Under the pieces are notes generated by a model. The model saw only the letters and a list, made by a program, of their open reading frames with translations, was not told the DNA's origin and ran no database searches. A program made the translations under genes and the position numbers. Shown piece by piece: positions 44,119 to 56,064 of a stretch of DNA of 64,000 bases. This DNA is from an uncultured Acidobacteriota bacterium (GTDB lineage: Bacteria > Acidobacteriota > UBA6911). The stretch covers positions 256,001-320,000 of the forward strand of contig CAWHCF010000049.1 of assembly GCA_963827655.1 (NCBI GenBank), read 5' to 3'. Every line of letters starts with the position of its first letter. Within the stretch, counting starts at the first letter, position 1.

Positions 44119-44445
44119 ATGCTGAATGAAAAGATCAGGATCAGGCTCAAAGCGTACGATCACAGGGTGCTGGATCAGTCTACTTCGGAAATCGTCGAGA
44201 TCGCCAAGCGCACCGGATCCCGAGTCTCGGGGCCGATTCCTCTGCCCACGATAAAGAACAAATTCTGTGTTCTGCGTTCGCCGCATGTGGACAAGAAGTC
44301 ACGGGAACAGTTCGAGATTCGCACCCACAAACGACTGGTAGACATTCTCGAACCCACTCCGCAAACTGTAGACGCTTTGATGAAACTGGATCTTCCTGCG
44401 GCTATCGATGTCGAAATCAAGGCCTTCGGCACCGAGCACAAATGA
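44119..44445 (+). CDS. rpsJ: 30S ribosomal protein S10
   Basis: [24 protein letters not shown]. Confidence 0.98.
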   Translation: MLNEKIRIRLKAYDHRVLDQSTSEIVEIAKRTGSRVSGPIPLPTIKNKFCVLRSPHVDKKSREQFEIRTHKRLVDILEPTPQTVDALMKLDLPAAIDVEIKAFGTEHK

Positions 44446-44477
44446 AACCGTAGGCAGTGGGCAGTGGGGGAGAAACG

Positions 44478-45107
44478 ATGGTTGATGGCTTGATTGGGAT
44501 CAAGGTTGGGATGACTCAGGTGTTCGACGAGAACGGCGTGGTCATACCGGTCACCGTTATCAAGGCGGGTCCCTGCGTCGTGGTTCAGAAGAAGCTCAAA
44601 GAGACCGATGGCTACGATGCGGTGCAACTGGGCCTGGTCGAGTTTGTTCGTCCTAGCCGGATCAAGAAGCCGCGAGCCGGCCACTTCAAGAAGGCCGGCG
44701 TGCCTCCCGTTCGCCTGTTGCGGGAATTCAGCTTTGAAGATGCTCCAGAGCCGGTGAAGGTTGGAGACCAGGTGCTGGTCAATCAGGTTTTCCGAGCCGA
44801 AGACCGCGTCGACGTCGTCGGGACCAGCAAGGGGCGCGGATTTGCCGGGGTGGTCAAGCGCCACCACTTCCGCGGCGGGGCGGCTACCCATGGCTCCATG
44901 TTTCATCGAGCCCCTGGCTCGATCGGGGCGTCGGCTTTTCCCAGTCGCGTGCTTCCCGGGATGCGGGCGGCGGGGCATATGGGGAATGAGCGCGTGACGG
45001 TCCAGAACCTCAAGATTGTGCGTGTCCTGGACCAGGATAATCTCCTGCTTGTCACCGGAGCGGTTCCGGGGCGCAACGGCGGCTACGTAATTGTGAAGAA
45101 GGCCTGA
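44478..45107 (+). CDS. rplC: 50S ribosomal protein L3
   Basis: [26 protein letters not shown]. Confidence 0.97.
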   Translation: MVDGLIGIKVGMTQVFDENGVVIPVTVIKAGPCVVVQKKLKETDGYDAVQLGLVEFVRPSRIKKPRAGHFKKAGVPPVRLLREFSFEDAPEPVKVGDQVLVNQVFRAEDRVDVVGTSKGRGFAGVVKRHHFRGGAATHGSMFHRAPGSIGASAFPSRVLPGMRAAGHMGNERVTVQNLKIVRVLDQDNLLLVTGAVPGRNGGYVIVKKA

Positions 45108-45108
45108 T

Positions 45109-45172
45109 CGATTGCAGATTGCGGATTGCGGATTGAAAAAACCACGATCTCACTCTCGCAATCGGCAATCCG
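45109..45172. repeat. Inverted GATTGCG cassette
   Basis: CGATTGCAGATTGCGGATTGCGGATTG...CGCAATCGGCAATCCG right after the rplC stop. Confidence 0.85.
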
Positions 45173-45193
45173 AGATCGATTCGGGTATACGAA

Positions 45194-45820
45194 ATGGCTG
45201 AAGTTGAAGTAAAAAATCTGGGCAATGAAGTGGTCGGGAAATTGGAGCTCTCGGACGAAGTCTTCGCGGCCGTGCTTAACCTTCCCCTGATTTGGGAAGC
45301 GGTAAAGCACTACGAAGACTCAAAACGAAGTGGCACGGCGGCGACCAAAACCCGGGGTGTCGTCAGCGGCAGCGGGAAAAAGCTCTGGCGCCAGAAGGGG
45401 ACCGGCCGCGCCCGAATTGGAAGTATCCGAAGCCCACTGTGGCGTCATGGCGGGACGGTGCACGGTCCGCAGCCTCGCGACTATTCCTATCGCTTCCCTA
45501 GAAAGAAACTTCGAGGGGCGCTCTGCTCTGCGCTTTCGGCCAAGCTGGGGGAAAACTCCCTTACGGTCGTCGATGGCTTCACGCTCGAGAGTCATAAGAC
45601 GAAGGACTTTCTGAAGGTACTGCGTAATCTGGGCGGGACCGGCAAAATCCTGATCGTTGATTCTGACGACAATCGCAACCTCAGGCTGGGTTCCCGCAAT
45701 CTGCCTGACGTCAAGGTGGTCCTTGCCGCGGCGGTCAATATCCACGACGTAGTGAATCACCAGCTCCTGCTGTTTTCCAGGGGCTCGATTCTGAAGGTGC
45801 AGGAGGCGCTGACCCGATGA
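45194..45820 (+). CDS. rplD: 50S ribosomal protein L4
   Basis: QKGTGRARIGS, GGTVHGPQPR. Confidence 0.97.
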   Translation: MAEVEVKNLGNEVVGKLELSDEVFAAVLNLPLIWEAVKHYEDSKRSGTAATKTRGVVSGSGKKLWRQKGTGRARIGSIRSPLWRHGGTVHGPQPRDYSYRFPRKKLRGALCSALSAKLGENSLTVVDGFTLESHKTKDFLKVLRNLGGTGKILIVDSDDNRNLRLGSRNLPDVKVVLAAAVNIHDVVNHQLLLFSRGSILKVQEALTR

Positions 45821-46110
45821 GCCGAGCGCACGAGGTCTTGAAGGCACCCGTGATCACCGAGAAGAGCACCTTCGTGAAGGACAAGCTTCACACGCTGACT
45901 TTTCGCGTGGCACGCGATGCCACCAAGCTGGAAATAAAAGACGCGGTGGAGCGTATTTTCAAGGTCAAGGTCGATAGTGTCAGGACGGCAACCTTCCACG
46001 GCAAGATCAGGCGGCAAGGCCGCTTCAAGGGCCGCAGGCCCGATTGGAAGAAGGCCTACGTCACCCTCGAGAAAGACCAGAAGATGATCGAGTTCTCGGA
46101 GGCGTTTTAA
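45817..46110 (+). CDS. rplW: 50S ribosomal protein L23
   Basis: PVITEKS, WKKAYVTL. Confidence 0.97.
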   Translation: MSRAHEVLKAPVITEKSTFVKDKLHTLTFRVARDATKLEIKDAVERIFKVKVDSVRTATFHGKIRRQGRFKGRRPDWKKAYVTLEKDQKMIEFSEAF

Positions 46111-46165
46111 CGATTGAAGAAATTTGGTGCCTGTCACCGAATTTCCTTACCAGGCTAACAGAGCT

Positions 46166-46993
46166 ATGGCTATAAAAACATACCGGCCGACAACGCCCGC
46201 ACTCCGGTTCCGGACCACGCTCGCCAGCGAGGGGCTGTCGGAGGAACGCCCGCTCAAGCGCCTCACGCGCCCCAAGCGAAGGATCTCCGGACGCAATAAC
46301 AAAGGGCATTTGACGGTAAGGCATCGCGGTGGCGGGCACAAGAAGCTATTTCGCTTGATCGACTTTCGCAGGGACAAGCGAAATATTCCGGCCAAGGTCA
46401 TTGCCCTCGAATATGATCCAAACCGGTCGGCTCGAATAGCTCTGCTGTCCTACGCCGACGGAGAGAAGCGGTATATCCTGGCCCCGGACGGTCTGGCCGT
46501 CGGGTCAACCGTTATCGCAGGCGAGGGGGCGGACATCCTGACAGGCAATGCCTTGCCCCTCAAGAATATTCCTCTCGGCACTATGATCCACAACGTGGAA
46601 CTCAAGCAGGGCAAGGGGGGCCAAATGGTTCGCGCCGCCGGGGGAGCCGCGCAGCTTCTGGCCAAAGAGAGTGGTTACGCCCAGATCAAGGCGCCTTCCG
46701 GAGAAACGCGGATGGTCCACCTCGAGTGTTACGCCACGATCGGTCAGGTTGGAAACCTCGATCACGAGAATATTTCGGTGGGGAAGGCAGGACGCTCCCG
46801 CTGGCTGGGAAAACGTCCCACGGTTCGGGGCGTGGCGATGAACCCGATCGACCATCCTCATGGAGGGGGCGAAGGAAAGACCTCCGGAGGGCGTCACCCG
46901 GTGAGCCCCTGGGGTTTGCCGACAAAAGGATTCAAGACCAGAAACAACAAACGCACTCAGCGCTTTATCATCAAGCGCCGCGGCAGGAAGTAG
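46166..46993 (+). CDS. rplB: 50S ribosomal protein L2
   Basis: [25 protein letters not shown]. Confidence 0.98.
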   Translation: MAIKTYRPTTPALRFRTTLASEGLSEERPLKRLTRPKRRISGRNNKGHLTVRHRGGGHKKLFRLIDFRRDKRNIPAKVIALEYDPNRSARIALLSYADGEKRYILAPDGLAVGSTVIAGEGADILTGNALPLKNIPLGTMIHNVELKQGKGGQMVRAAGGAAQLLAKESGYAQIKAPSGETRMVHLECYATIGQVGNLDHENISVGKAGRSRWLGKRPTVRGVAMNPIDHPHGGGEGKTSGGRHPVSPWGLPTKGFKTRNNKRTQRFIIKRRGRK

Positions 46994-47005
46994 GAGGACT
47001 GTTCG

Positions 47006-47305
47006 ATGGCGAGGTCGGTCAAAAAAGGCCCATTTATCGATGAGCACCTCCTGAAGAAAGTGCGGGGTGTGGGCAGCAGCGGCAGCCGGACCGTGATCAA
47101 GACCTGGTCCCGGCGCTCAACCATCACGCCGGAAATGGTGGGCCACACTATCGCGGTGCACAATGGGAAGAAGTTCATTCCCATTTACATCTCTGAGAAC
47201 ATGGTCAGCCACAAGCTCGGCGAGTTTGCTCCCACGCGAATTTTCAAGGGGCATACCACGAGGGTAGCGGAGAGAGCGACGGCAGTTAAACCGCCGCCCG
47301 CTTAA
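47006..47305 (+). CDS. rpsS: 30S ribosomal protein S19
   Basis: [25 protein letters not shown]. Confidence 0.98.
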   Translation: MARSVKKGPFIDEHLLKKVRGVGSSGSRTVIKTWSRRSTITPEMVGHTIAVHNGKKFIPIYISENMVSHKLGEFAPTRIFKGHTTRVAERATAVKPPPA

Positions 47306-47370
47306 CGATTGACGATTTACGATTGACGATTGACGATTGAAAAACCAAGATGATCGTCAATCGTCAATCG
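47305..47370. repeat. Inverted GATTGAC cassette
   Basis: Five forward units right after the rpsS stop, a short loop, then ATCGTCAATCGTCAATCG. Confidence 0.9.
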
Positions 47371-47380
47371 AGTGAGCTAT

Positions 47381-47728
47381 ATGGAATCAATAGCGAAGGG
47401 ACGGTTCATTCGAGGATCGCCGCAGAAGGCTCGACTGGTGATCGACCTTATTCGCGGGAAGAACGTGCAAGAAGCGCTTGGGATCCTGCGCTTCACGAAG
47501 AAGAGGGCTACCCGCTCGATCGAGAAAGTGCTGCTTTCGGCCGTGGCTAATGCGCACGAGAAGTTTGCCGGGGCTGACATCGACCGGTTCGTTGTGGAGC
47601 GCGCCGTTGTGGACACGGGGCCGACGAAGTGGCGTCGCAGAGTGCGTCCGGCGCCCATGGGTCGCGCGTACCGGGAACAGCGAAGGTACAAGCACATTAC
47701 GATTCGGATAAAAGGCGAAGAGGAATAG
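47381..47728 (+). CDS. rplV: 50S ribosomal protein L22
   Basis: [27 protein letters not shown]. Confidence 0.96.
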   Translation: MESIAKGRFIRGSPQKARLVIDLIRGKNVQEALGILRFTKKRATRSIEKVLLSAVANAHEKFAGADIDRFVVERAVVDTGPTKWRRRVRPAPMGRAYREQRRYKHITIRIKGEEE

Positions 47729-47741
47729 AGGAGGTCTCAGC

Positions 47742-48392
47742 GTGGGTCAGAAAGTTCACCCGTACGGTTTCAGGCTGGGGATTAACCGAACCTGGCGCTC
47801 GCGCTGGTTTGCGCGGAAGGACTACGGCGCCCTGCTCCACGAGGATCTCAACCTGAAGGTAATGCTCAAGAAGAAGTTCGCTCATGCGGGAATTTCCCGG
47901 GTCGAAGTCGAGCGCGCAGCTAACAAACTGACGATCATTGTCTTCACCTCCCGCCCCGGCATCATCGTGGGGAAGAAGGGGACGGAGATTGAAAAGCTTA
48001 AGAAGGACCTGCAGACACTCACGGGGCGGGACATCAATCTAAAAATCCAGGAAGTGAACAAACCGGAATTGGATGCCCAACTGGTGTCTGAGGGAATTGC
48101 CCAGCAGCTCGAAAAGCGCATCGCTTTCCGGCGAGCCATGCGGCGCGCGGTAGACAGCACGCTGCGTTTCGGGGCCAAGGGCATCAAGGTCAGGACTGCG
48201 GGCCGCCTGAATGGCGCCGAAATCGCCCGATCCGAGTGGTACCTTCACGGTCAGCTCCCGTTGCACACGCTGCGGGCTGACATCGATTACGGCTTCGCCC
48301 AGGCCTTTACGACTTACGGCGTTATCGGTGTCAAGGTCTGGATCTATAAGGGCGAGGTTTTCGAGATGCAGAAGATGGAGCGTCCGCGTTAG
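47742..48392 (+). CDS. rpsC: 30S ribosomal protein S3
   Basis: [33 protein letters not shown]. Confidence 0.98.
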   Translation: MGQKVHPYGFRLGINRTWRSRWFARKDYGALLHEDLNLKVMLKKKFAHAGISRVEVERAANKLTIIVFTSRPGIIVGKKGTEIEKLKKDLQTLTGRDINLKIQEVNKPELDAQLVSEGIAQQLEKRIAFRRAMRRAVDSTLRFGAKGIKVRTAGRLNGAEIARSEWYLHGQLPLHTLRADIDYGFAQAFTTYGVIGVKVWIYKGEVFEMQKMERPR

Positions 48393-48414
48393 CTGAGGCC
48401 AGGAGTCATCGTTC

Positions 48415-48837
48415 ATGTTGATGCCCAAGAAAGTCAAATACCGAAAGCAGCAGAAGGGACGCCGGCGTGGAAAGGCCTGGCGAGGCTCTGACGTCACTTT
48501 CGGCGATTACGGTCTCAAGGCCCTGGAACCGGGTTGGGTCACGGACCGGCAGATTGAGGCTGGACGCGTGGCGATTACCCGGTTCATAAAGCGCGGCGGG
48601 AAGATATGGATCAGGATTTTCCCTGATAAACCGATTACCAAGAAACCGGCTGAAACCCGTATGGGCAAGGGGAAGGGAGCTCCGGAAGGCTGGGTCGCGG
48701 TTGTGCGGCCTGGCAAGATCATCTACGAAATGGAAGGCGTAACCGAGCAGGTGGCCCAGGAAGCGATGCGGCTGGCCGCTAACAAACTATCCGTGAAAGC
48801 CAAGTTTGTGGCCCGGTTCGGTAAGGAGAGCGCGTGA
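48415..48837 (+). CDS. rplP: 50S ribosomal protein L16
   Basis: [20 protein letters not shown]. Confidence 0.98.
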   Translation: MLMPKKVKYRKQQKGRRRGKAWRGSDVTFGDYGLKALEPGWVTDRQIEAGRVAITRFIKRGGKIWIRIFPDKPITKKPAETRMGKGKGAPEGWVAVVRPGKIIYEMEGVTEQVAQEAMRLAANKLSVKAKFVARFGKESA

Positions 48838-49034
48838 AAGCCTCCAAACTGCGAGATCTGTCGAAGGAGGACCTGACCCAAGAGGAGTCAGAACTTCGGG
48901 AGCAGCTTTTCAAGCTTCGTTTCCAGGCGGCGACGGGTCAAGTGGAGAGCGCCGGCCGCATGCGGGGCGTTCGCCGGGATATCGCTCGAATTCTGACGAT
49001 CTTGAGAGAAAGAGAAGTCAATCGTCAATCGTAA
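48834..49034 (+). CDS. rpmC: 50S ribosomal protein L29
   Basis: LFKLRFQ...RRDIARILT; the last codons (NRQS*) lie in a reverse heptamer array. Confidence 0.95.
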   Translation: MKASKLRDLSKEDLTQEESELREQLFKLRFQAATGQVESAGRMRGVRRDIARILTILREREVNRQS

Positions 49035-49045
49035 ATCGTCAATCG
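49017..49045. repeat. Solo reverse array (GTCAATC)n overlapping the rpmC 3' end
   Basis: GTCAATCGTCAATCGTAAATCGTCAATCG. Confidence 0.85.
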
Positions 49046-49066
49046 AGATCGGCTGTGGGGTACTTG

Positions 49067-49336
49067 ATGAGCGAGGAGCAGGTTAAAAGGGGAGTTCGTA
49101 AGAGTCAGGTAGGGGTGGTCACCAGTAGTGCCATGCAGAAGACGGTTACGGTGGCGGTTGACAGGCTTGTTAAGCATCCCCTGTACAAGAAGACCTTGCG
49201 GAGAACATCCAGGTTTCTGGCGCATGATGAGAATAATTCGTGCCAGGTCGGCGACCGCGTGAGGATCATCGAGACGCGGCCGCTAAGCGCCAGGAAGCGG
49301 TGGCGGGTTGCCGAGGTCCTGGTGAAAACCAAATGA
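49067..49336 (+). CDS. rpsQ: 30S ribosomal protein S17
   Basis: [28 protein letters not shown]. Confidence 0.97.
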   Translation: MSEEQVKRGVRKSQVGVVTSSAMQKTVTVAVDRLVKHPLYKKTLRRTSRFLAHDENNSCQVGDRVRIIETRPLSARKRWRVAEVLVKTK

Positions 49337-49457
49337 ACGATTGACGATTGACGATTGACGATTGACAGATTGAGAATCTCGACAGGAAGGATTGGATCTC
49401 GAAGAGAAGGATTCACAATGTTTTAAATCGTCAATCGTCAATCGTCAATCGTCAATC
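49337..49457. repeat. Inverted GATTGAC cassette
   Basis: Four to five forward units directly after the rpsQ stop; reverse array at 49426-49457. Confidence 0.9.
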
Positions 49458-49471
49458 GGGCGAGGGTTGTT

Positions 49472-49840
49472 ATGATTCAGATGAGAACCATACTCGACGT
49501 GGCGGACAACTCGGGCGCCCGGAGAATCTCGTGCATCTTGCCATTGGGAAACCAGGTGGGACTCATAGCGCGTCTTGGCGATATCATCACCGCTAACGTG
49601 AAAGAGGCGTCTCCGGACGGGACTGTCAAGAAGGGAGATGTGGTAAAGGCTGTAGTGGTACGGACTCGAAAGGAGTACCGCCGAAAAGACGGCACCTACA
49701 TTCGCTTCGACGATAACGCGGCCGTCTTGATCAACGATCAAAAGGAACCTATTGGGACTCGAGTCTTCGGACCGGTGAGCCGCGAGCTTCGCGAAAAGGA
49801 GTTTTTGAAGATCGTGTCCCTGGCTCCTGAAGTCTTGTAG
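49472..49840 (+). CDS. rplN: 50S ribosomal protein L14
   Basis: [29 protein letters not shown]. Confidence 0.98.
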   Translation: MIQMRTILDVADNSGARRISCILPLGNQVGLIARLGDIITANVKEASPDGTVKKGDVVKAVVVRTRKEYRRKDGTYIRFDDNAAVLINDQKEPIGTRVFGPVSRELREKEFLKIVSLAPEVL

Positions 49841-49861
49841 TTGCAGCGAGGACTGGAACGG

Positions 49862-50188
49862 ATGCCCAAAATCCATGTTAAGAAAAACGACCAGGTATTC
49901 ATTCTTGCCGGCAAGGAGCGCGGCAAGATCGGAAAGGTCTTGAGGGTTTTCCGCGACAAAGACCGTGCCATCGTCGAGGGGTTGAATTTCATTCAGAAGC
50001 ACACGCGGGCCAATCCGCAGCGAAATGTAAAGGGGGGAATCCTGCCGAAGGAATCCTCGATTCATCTGTCCAATCTGATGGTCGTCTGTAAGCGCTGCAA
50101 TAAACGCACGCGCATTGCTCATACAACAATACAGGACGGTCGCAAAGTTCGAGTCTGCAAGAACTGCGATGAACTCTTGGATGAATAG
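49862..50188 (+). CDS. rplX: 50S ribosomal protein L24
   Basis: [18 protein letters not shown] motif, IHLSNL. Confidence 0.96.
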   Translation: MPKIHVKKNDQVFILAGKERGKIGKVLRVFRDKDRAIVEGLNFIQKHTRANPQRNVKGGILPKESSIHLSNLMVVCKRCNKRTRIAHTTIQDGRKVRVCKNCDELLDE

Positions 50189-50197
50189 GCGTGCGGC

Positions 50198-50746
50198 ATG
50201 AGTAGATTAAGGGAATTTTACAAGACGGATGCTTTACCCGCGCTCATGAAGCAATTCGGGTACAAGAACGTGATGGCGGTGCCGAGGATGGTGAAGGTCA
50301 ACGTCAATATGGGGTTGGGCGAGGCTATAGCCAATGCCAAAGTGCTTGACGTCGCCGCTGAAGAGCTGTCGGTTATCACCGGGCAGCGCCCGATCGTCAC
50401 TAAGGCCAAGAAGTCAATTGCGGCGTTCAAACTCCGGCAGGGAATGCCGATTGGCGTGACCGTCACGTTGCGTGGCGACCGTATGTATGAGTTCATGGAT
50501 CGTCTGGTAAACATAGCCCTTCCGCGGGTCCGCGATTTCCGTGGCGTCTCCCTTCGCTCGTTCGATGGGCGCGGGAACTACACTCTGGGGCTTCGGGATC
50601 AGCTTATCTTTCCCGAGATCGATTTCGGCAAAGCCGACAAGGCGCGCGGAATGAACATCACGGTCGTGACCACGGCTAAGTCGGATGACGAGGCGTATGA
50701 ACTCTTAAAGCTTCTGGGGATGCCTTTCGCGAAAAAAGGACAATAG
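50198..50746 (+). CDS. rplE: 50S ribosomal protein L5
   Basis: [23 protein letters not shown]. Confidence 0.98.
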   Translation: MSRLREFYKTDALPALMKQFGYKNVMAVPRMVKVNVNMGLGEAIANAKVLDVAAEELSVITGQRPIVTKAKKSIAAFKLRQGMPIGVTVTLRGDRMYEFMDRLVNIALPRVRDFRGVSLRSFDGRGNYTLGLRDQLIFPEIDFGKADKARGMNITVVTTAKSDDEAYELLKLLGMPFAKKGQ

Positions 50747-50822
50747 GATTGACGATTGACGATTGACGATTGAGGATTGTCTCGAGATAATCGTCAATCG
50801 TCAATCGTACAATCGTCAATCG
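50747..50822. repeat. Inverted GATTGAC cassette
   Basis: Begins immediately after the rplE TAG; reverse array at 50789-50822. Confidence 0.9.
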
Positions 50823-50835
50823 AAATGGGGTGTTC

Positions 50836-51021
50836 GTGGCAAAGACAAGCATGATCGCAAAAGCGAAGCGCGAGCCGAAGTTTGCTTCGCGCCGCTATAA
50901 CCGCTGCCAGCGCTGTGGCCGTCCTCGAGGATACTATAGGAAGTTCCAGCTCTGCCGGATATGCTTCCGCAATCTGGCCTTGAGTGGCGAAATCCCGGGA
51001 GTGACCAAGTCGAGTTGGTAG
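50836..51021 (+). CDS. rpsN: 30S ribosomal protein S14, zinc-binding type
   Basis: RCQRCGRP...LCRICFR, KSSW. Confidence 0.96.
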   Translation: MAKTSMIAKAKREPKFASRRYNRCQRCGRPRGYYRKFQLCRICFRNLALSGEIPGVTKSSW

Positions 51022-51120
51022 TTGGCAGAGGCCAATGATCAGAGGGGAAAAGATCGTCGGAGGGTTGCGGCCCACCCGGTCACCGACCACTGAGAAACTG
51101 AAAAACAGGATGGATGAACA

Positions 51121-51513
51121 ATGACTGATCCCGTTTCCGATCTCTTGACGCGCATACGCAATGCCCTGGTGGCAAAGCACGAGACGGTGGAGATTCCGTC
51201 TTCGAAAATGAAACTCGAGATGGTCAGGATTCTCAAAGAGGAAGGTTTTGTCGCCAATTACACCCAGGCGAGAGACGACAAGCAGGGCATCATTCAGGTC
51301 ACCCTGAGTTACGCCTCCGGCAAGCGGCCCGTAATAAGCTCGATCACGCGCGTGAGCCGCCCCGGTTGCCGCGTTTACGCGCGCAAGTCCGAGATTCCCG
51401 CAGTGCTTGGGGGCATGGGAATCTGCATCCTCTCCACCTCTCAGGGGCTTCTGACCGGGAAGCAGGCTCAGGAAAAGGGTCTGGGCGGGGAAGTGCTCTG
51501 CGCGGTCAGCTAA
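51121..51513 (+). CDS. rpsH: 30S ribosomal protein S8
   Basis: TDPVSDLLTRIRNA, SRPGCRVY, STSQG. Confidence 0.97.
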   Translation: MTDPVSDLLTRIRNALVAKHETVEIPSSKMKLEMVRILKEEGFVANYTQARDDKQGIIQVTLSYASGKRPVISSITRVSRPGCRVYARKSEIPAVLGGMGICILSTSQGLLTGKQAQEKGLGGEVLCAVS

Positions 51514-51522
51514 AGAGGCGTT

Positions 51523-52084
51523 ATGTCACGGATTGGCAAGAAGCCGATAAAGGTTCCGGCTGGCGTGAAAGTTGAAATACGAGACCGGCTTGGTCGAAGT
51601 CGAAGGAAAGAAGGCCAAACTCTCCAGCCCGATACCTGATGGCATCCGGTTTGAGCTGAAGGGGGACGAGCTGATCGCTTATCGCGACTCGGACGAAAAG
51701 CCCTTTCCCGGTTATCATGGACTGGCGCGTGCCCTGGCCGCCAATAATATCCTGGGGGTCACCCAGGGGTTTACCAAGGAGCTCGATTTGGTGGGTATCG
51801 GGTACAAGGCCGACGCTAAAGCGAAGTCGGTAACCATGAGCCTCGGGTACTCTCATCCGATCGAGTTCCCTATACCCGAGGGCATCTCGGTGAAGGTGGA
51901 CAAGCAGACCAAGACCATCCAGAACTACGTGGTAACTCTGACGATATCAGGAGCCGACAAGCAGCTCGTCGGACAGGTGGCCGCCGACATCCGGGCCTTG
52001 CGCCCGCCGGATTCTTACAAGGGAAAAGGAGTTCGCTACGTCAACGAGGTTGTGCGGCTGAAAGTGGGGAAGAAGGGGGCCTGA
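51523..52084 (+). CDS. rplF: 50S ribosomal protein L6 (indel near 51585)
   Basis: ATG 51523 MSRIGKKPI; shifted frame contains GYSHP and [11 protein letters not shown]. Confidence 0.95.
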
Positions 52085-52452
52085 TGATTACTCCGCTCGA
52101 TCGCGCGCGGGAGCGCTCCAGGATTCACCGACGAATTCGCCGAAAGGTACTTGGAGACTCCGGGAGGCCTCGCCTCTGCGTCTACCGAAGCCTGAACCAC
52201 ATTTACGCTCAGGTTGTCGATGACTTCGAGAGGAAGACTCTTGTCTCTGCTTCCACGCTGGACAAAGAGATACGCTCCAGCCTGCCACATGCGGGCAATG
52301 TTGCGGCCGCCAAGGCGGTCGGGAAAATGGTTGCACAGCGGGCCATAGCCAGAGGGATTGAATCGGTGGTCTTTGATCGCGGGGGATATCTCTATCACGG
52401 GCGGGTTAAGGCTCTGGCCGAGGCCGCTCGTGAGGGTGGACTCAAGTTCTAA
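52084..52452 (+). CDS. rplR: 50S ribosomal protein L18
   Basis: [25 protein letters not shown]. Confidence 0.97.
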   Translation: MITPLDRARERSRIHRRIRRKVLGDSGRPRLCVYRSLNHIYAQVVDDFERKTLVSASTLDKEIRSSLPHAGNVAAAKAVGKMVAQRAIARGIESVVFDRGGYLYHGRVKALAEAAREGGLKF

Positions 52453-52531
52453 CAGAGATGACGGCGGACACGTAACGGCTGCCGGGCCGGAGACATTGTC
52501 AGCTGTTACAGGGGGAGGCTTGGACAGAGGC

Positions 52532-53026
52532 TTGGACAGAATTGACGCAAGCGGTATGGAACTGAAAGATCAGGTCGTCTCCATAAACCGCGTCACCAAG
52601 GTCGTAAAAGGGGGAAAGAACCTGAGCTTCAGCGCTCTCGTTGTCGTCGGCGATCAGAACGGCCTGGTTGGTTATGGCATGGGAAAAGCGAAAGAAGTTC
52701 CCCAGGCGATTCGGAAAGGCGTCGAGCAGGCCCGGAAAAACCTGATCAGGGTCCCGCTCAAAGGACGGACCATTCCCCACGCCATAGTCGGGCGCTTCGG
52801 CGCCGGAAGAGTCATGCTTAAGCCGGCTTCGGAGGGGACGGGAGTCATCGCCGGAGGGCCCGTCCGGGCCGTGGTTCAGTCCGCCGGCATTTCCAATATT
52901 CTGACCAAGTCTTTGGGGAGTACCAATCCGCACAACGTTGTAAAGGCTACTTTCGACGGGTTGAGGAGATTGCAGGAACCTACGTCGGTCGCCAGGCTGC
53001 GCGGGAAGTCGGTCGAGTCGCTTTAG
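52532..53026 (+). CDS. rpsE: 30S ribosomal protein S5 (start approximate)
   Basis: [25 protein letters not shown]. Confidence 0.96.
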   Translation: MDRIDASGMELKDQVVSINRVTKVVKGGKNLSFSALVVVGDQNGLVGYGMGKAKEVPQAIRKGVEQARKNLIRVPLKGRTIPHAIVGRFGAGRVMLKPASEGTGVIAGGPVRAVVQSAGISNILTKSLGSTNPHNVVKATFDGLRRLQEPTSVARLRGKSVESL

Positions 53027-53111
53027 GGGGAAACAACCCCGCGCTGGCCGCTGAGGCAATCGGGTAGGAAACGTCGCATTTGTTAGGGGAGTGGGGGCCG
53101 TCCCAGGAAAA

Positions 53112-53330
53112 ATGATGGCAGCGAAAACAAAAACCACCGAGGGCGCGAACGCCGGTATCCGGATCAAATACTACCGGAGTGCCATCGCGACGCCTCGGAA
53201 GCATAAGCTGATTGTCAAAAGTCTCGGTTTCAAGCGGCTCAACCAGGTCGTGACGCGTGTTGACACGCCCGCGATCCGCGGTATGGTAGCCCGGATCCCG
53301 CATTTGGTAACCATCCTCGGGTCTGATTAG
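53112..53330 (+). CDS. rpmD: 50S ribosomal protein L30
   Basis: RSAI...SLGFKRLNQ...DTPAIRGMV. Confidence 0.93.
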   Translation: MMAAKTKTTEGANAGIRIKYYRSAIATPRKHKLIVKSLGFKRLNQVVTRVDTPAIRGMVARIPHLVTILGSD

Positions 53331-53339
53331 GTGAAGGCT

Positions 53340-53792
53340 ATGGCACTTACGCTTAACACGCTGGCGCCTGCCAAAGGGGCCAATCGCAAGAACAAGAGGG
53401 TCGGTCGCGGGATCGGGAGCGGACATGGCAAGACGTCTACCCGGGGTTACAAGGGGCAGAAGTCTCGATCAGGATCGTCGATTCGTCCCGGCTTTGAAGG
53501 GGGACAGATGCCCTTGCATCGCCGCTTGCCAAAGCGCGGGTTCAACAATGTCTTCCGCAAGGAATACACCATAGTCAATCTTGACACTCTTTCGCAGTTC
53601 GAGCCTGGAGCTAGCGTGGCGCCTGAGACGCTTCTGGAGAAGGGGATCGTCAAGAAGCTGAGAGATGGGATCAAGATCCTGGGAAACGGTGAATTGAAGC
53701 ATGCAGTCAATGTTCGCGCCCACAAGTTCAGCAAGGGCGCAGCCGAGAAGATTCAAAGCGCGGGAGGCACAATCGAAGTCATAGTCGCATAA
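53340..53792 (+). CDS. rplO: 50S ribosomal protein L15
   Basis: [20 protein letters not shown]. Confidence 0.98.
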   Translation: MALTLNTLAPAKGANRKNKRVGRGIGSGHGKTSTRGYKGQKSRSGSSIRPGFEGGQMPLHRRLPKRGFNNVFRKEYTIVNLDTLSQFEPGASVAPETLLEKGIVKKLRDGIKILGNGELKHAVNVRAHKFSKGAAEKIQSAGGTIEVIVA

Positions 53793-53818
53793 TTCGATTG
53801 TCCCTGTTCGGTAAAACG

Positions 53819-55235
53819 ATGCCAGAAGAACGAAGTCCTATCCTAAGCTCCCTCAAGAATATCTTTAGCATCCCGGACCTGAGGAATCGGGTTCTTTTCA
53901 TGCTGGGGCTCCTGGCCGTATATCGCGTGGGCGCCTTTATCCCGACGCCTGGAATCAATCATGCGGCGCTGGAGCAGCTTTTCCAAAGCCAGGCGGGAAC
54001 CATCTTCAGCTTTCTGGATATTTTCTCGGGCGGAAACCTCCGGAGGTTCAGCATTTTTGCTCTGGGGATCATGCCCTACATCACGGCCTCGATCATCCTG
54101 CAGCTTGCCACCGTGGTGGTTCCTTATCTGGAGAAGCTTTCCAAGGAAGGAGAACTGGGCCGCAAGAAGATAACCCAATATACCCGGTACTTGACGGTCG
54201 TGTTAACGATGTTTCAGGCTTTCATGACCGCCATCACGCTGGAACGGTCCTCCGGCGCCGACGGGTCCACAGATTGTCGAGGATCCCGGGTGGGCCTTCC
54301 GCTTCATGGTGATGATTACCCTCACGACCGGGACCGCATTCATCATGTGGATCGGTGAGCAGATCACCGAGCGTGGAATCGGCAATGGAATAAGCCTGAT
54401 CATATTTGCGGGTATCGTGTCGGGGTTGCCCGGGGCGATATATGAAATCTACGTGAACGTCCAGCAGCGCACCTGGTCGATTTTTACTGTGGCGATTCTA
54501 GTCGTAGGGATGGTGGCCACGGTGGCCGCCATCGTGTTCGTCGAACGCGGGCAAAGGAAAATCCCGGTGCAGTACGCCAAGCGCGTTGTCGGACGACGCG
54601 TTTACGGCGGGCAGGCGACCCATCTTCCGCTCCGGGTCAACTCCGGCGGCGTCATTCCAGTCATATTCGCCGCCTCCATCGTGTCTATTCCCTCGACCCT
54701 GGGGGTGGTTTTTCCGAACACGTTCATGAAGGGCCTGTCGGGACAGCTGGCTCAGGGGATGCCCCTGTATAACCTTCTGTATATTTCGGGCATCATGTTC
54801 TTCGCCTTCTTCTATGTGAGCATCATATTCAATCCGATGGAGGTGGCCGACAACATTCGAAAATACGGCGGCTACATCCCCGGGATTCGGCCGGGAAAAC
54901 GAACCGCCGAGCACATCGATCGCATCCTGAGCCGCCTCACGGCAGCCGGCGCAGTCTATCTGGTTCTGGTCTGCCTCTTGCCGGAGTTTCTAATCACAGG
55001 GTTCAAGATTCAGCCCATTCCGTTGATCGGGCCTCCAATCGACGATTTTTTAAACTCCGTGGGTATGTCCTGGATCACGACCGGTCTGGGCGTGACCTTT
55101 TACTTCGGCGGAACCTCGCTCCTCATCGTTGTGGGTGTAGCGATGGATACTGTCCAGCAAATTGAGTCGCAGCTGATCATGCGCCACTATGACGGCTTCC
55201 TGAAGAAGGGGAGAATTCGGGGACGCAGAGGATGA
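53819..55235 (+). CDS. secY: Preprotein translocase SecY (indel near 54265)
   Basis: [16 protein letters not shown]; [17 protein letters not shown]; IPGIRPG; [11 protein letters not shown]. Confidence 0.96.
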
Positions 55236-55373
55236 TGTCGATTGCGGATTTTGGATTCGGGATTGAAGGTTAGGTTTAGGAAAATCATGCTGCACACCAG
55301 AACGATGCGACTCAAGAAATATCCGCCGTCCGCCATGCGTAATCTGCAGTCGATCAACGGCAGTATCGGTAGG

Positions 55374-56042
55374 ATGGCGATCATTCTGCTGGGACCGCCT
55401 GGGGCTGGCAAGGGGACCCAGGCTCGAAAGCTGGGCGCCCGCTACAACTATCCCCGCATCTCTACGGGCGATATGCTGCGAGAGGCGGTGAGAAAAGAGA
55501 CGGTACTTGGGAAGAAGGCTCGGCATTACATGGAGGCGGGAGAGCTCGTTCCCGACGGCCTTGTGGATGCCATCGTCAAAGCCCGCGTGAAACGCAAAGA
55601 CTGCGTCCGCGGATTCATACTCGACGGCTACCCGCGTACCATTCACCAGGCGGAGTTTCTGAAGCGGATAGTCGACAACAAAGAACTGAAGATTCTTGCC
55701 ATCGGCATTCGAGTCCGCAACGACATTCTCCTCGACCGACTGGCCAGGCGCTGGACCTGTCCCAGGTGCGCAAAGATTTTCAGTGGCGTGTCGGGGCCGA
55801 GTTCAGGCAGGAGTCGTTGCGACGAATGCGATTCCCTTCTCGTCCATCGAAAGGACGATTCCGCCTCTATCGTCGAGGAACGGCTTCAGGTTTACCACGA
55901 GGCGACCGAGCCGCTGATTCAGTACTATCAGTCACGGGGATTCTACGTCGAAGTCGACGGCGAAAGACCGGTGGATAAGATCTACCGAGCCATGACGGGA
56001 CTCCTCGGACGGAAGTCCGATCGACATTCCACCGTAGCGTAA
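55374..56042 (+). CDS. adk: Adenylate kinase with zinc LID
   Basis: [29 protein letters not shown]...CDEC. Confidence 0.96.
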   Translation: MAIILLGPPGAGKGTQARKLGARYNYPRISTGDMLREAVRKETVLGKKARHYMEAGELVPDGLVDAIVKARVKRKDCVRGFILDGYPRTIHQAEFLKRIVDNKELKILAIGIRVRNDILLDRLARRWTCPRCAKIFSGVSGPSSGRSRCDECDSLLVHRKDDSASIVEERLQVYHEATEPLIQYYQSRGFYVEVDGERPVDKIYRAMTGLLGRKSDRHSTVA

Positions 56043-56064
56043 GGGTTCCAGGGCCGCGCCTAAT

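Noticed and set aside
52517-52540. 12-bp tandem GGCTTGGACAGA at the rpsE start
   Set aside because: In-frame micro-duplication that only blurs the start codon
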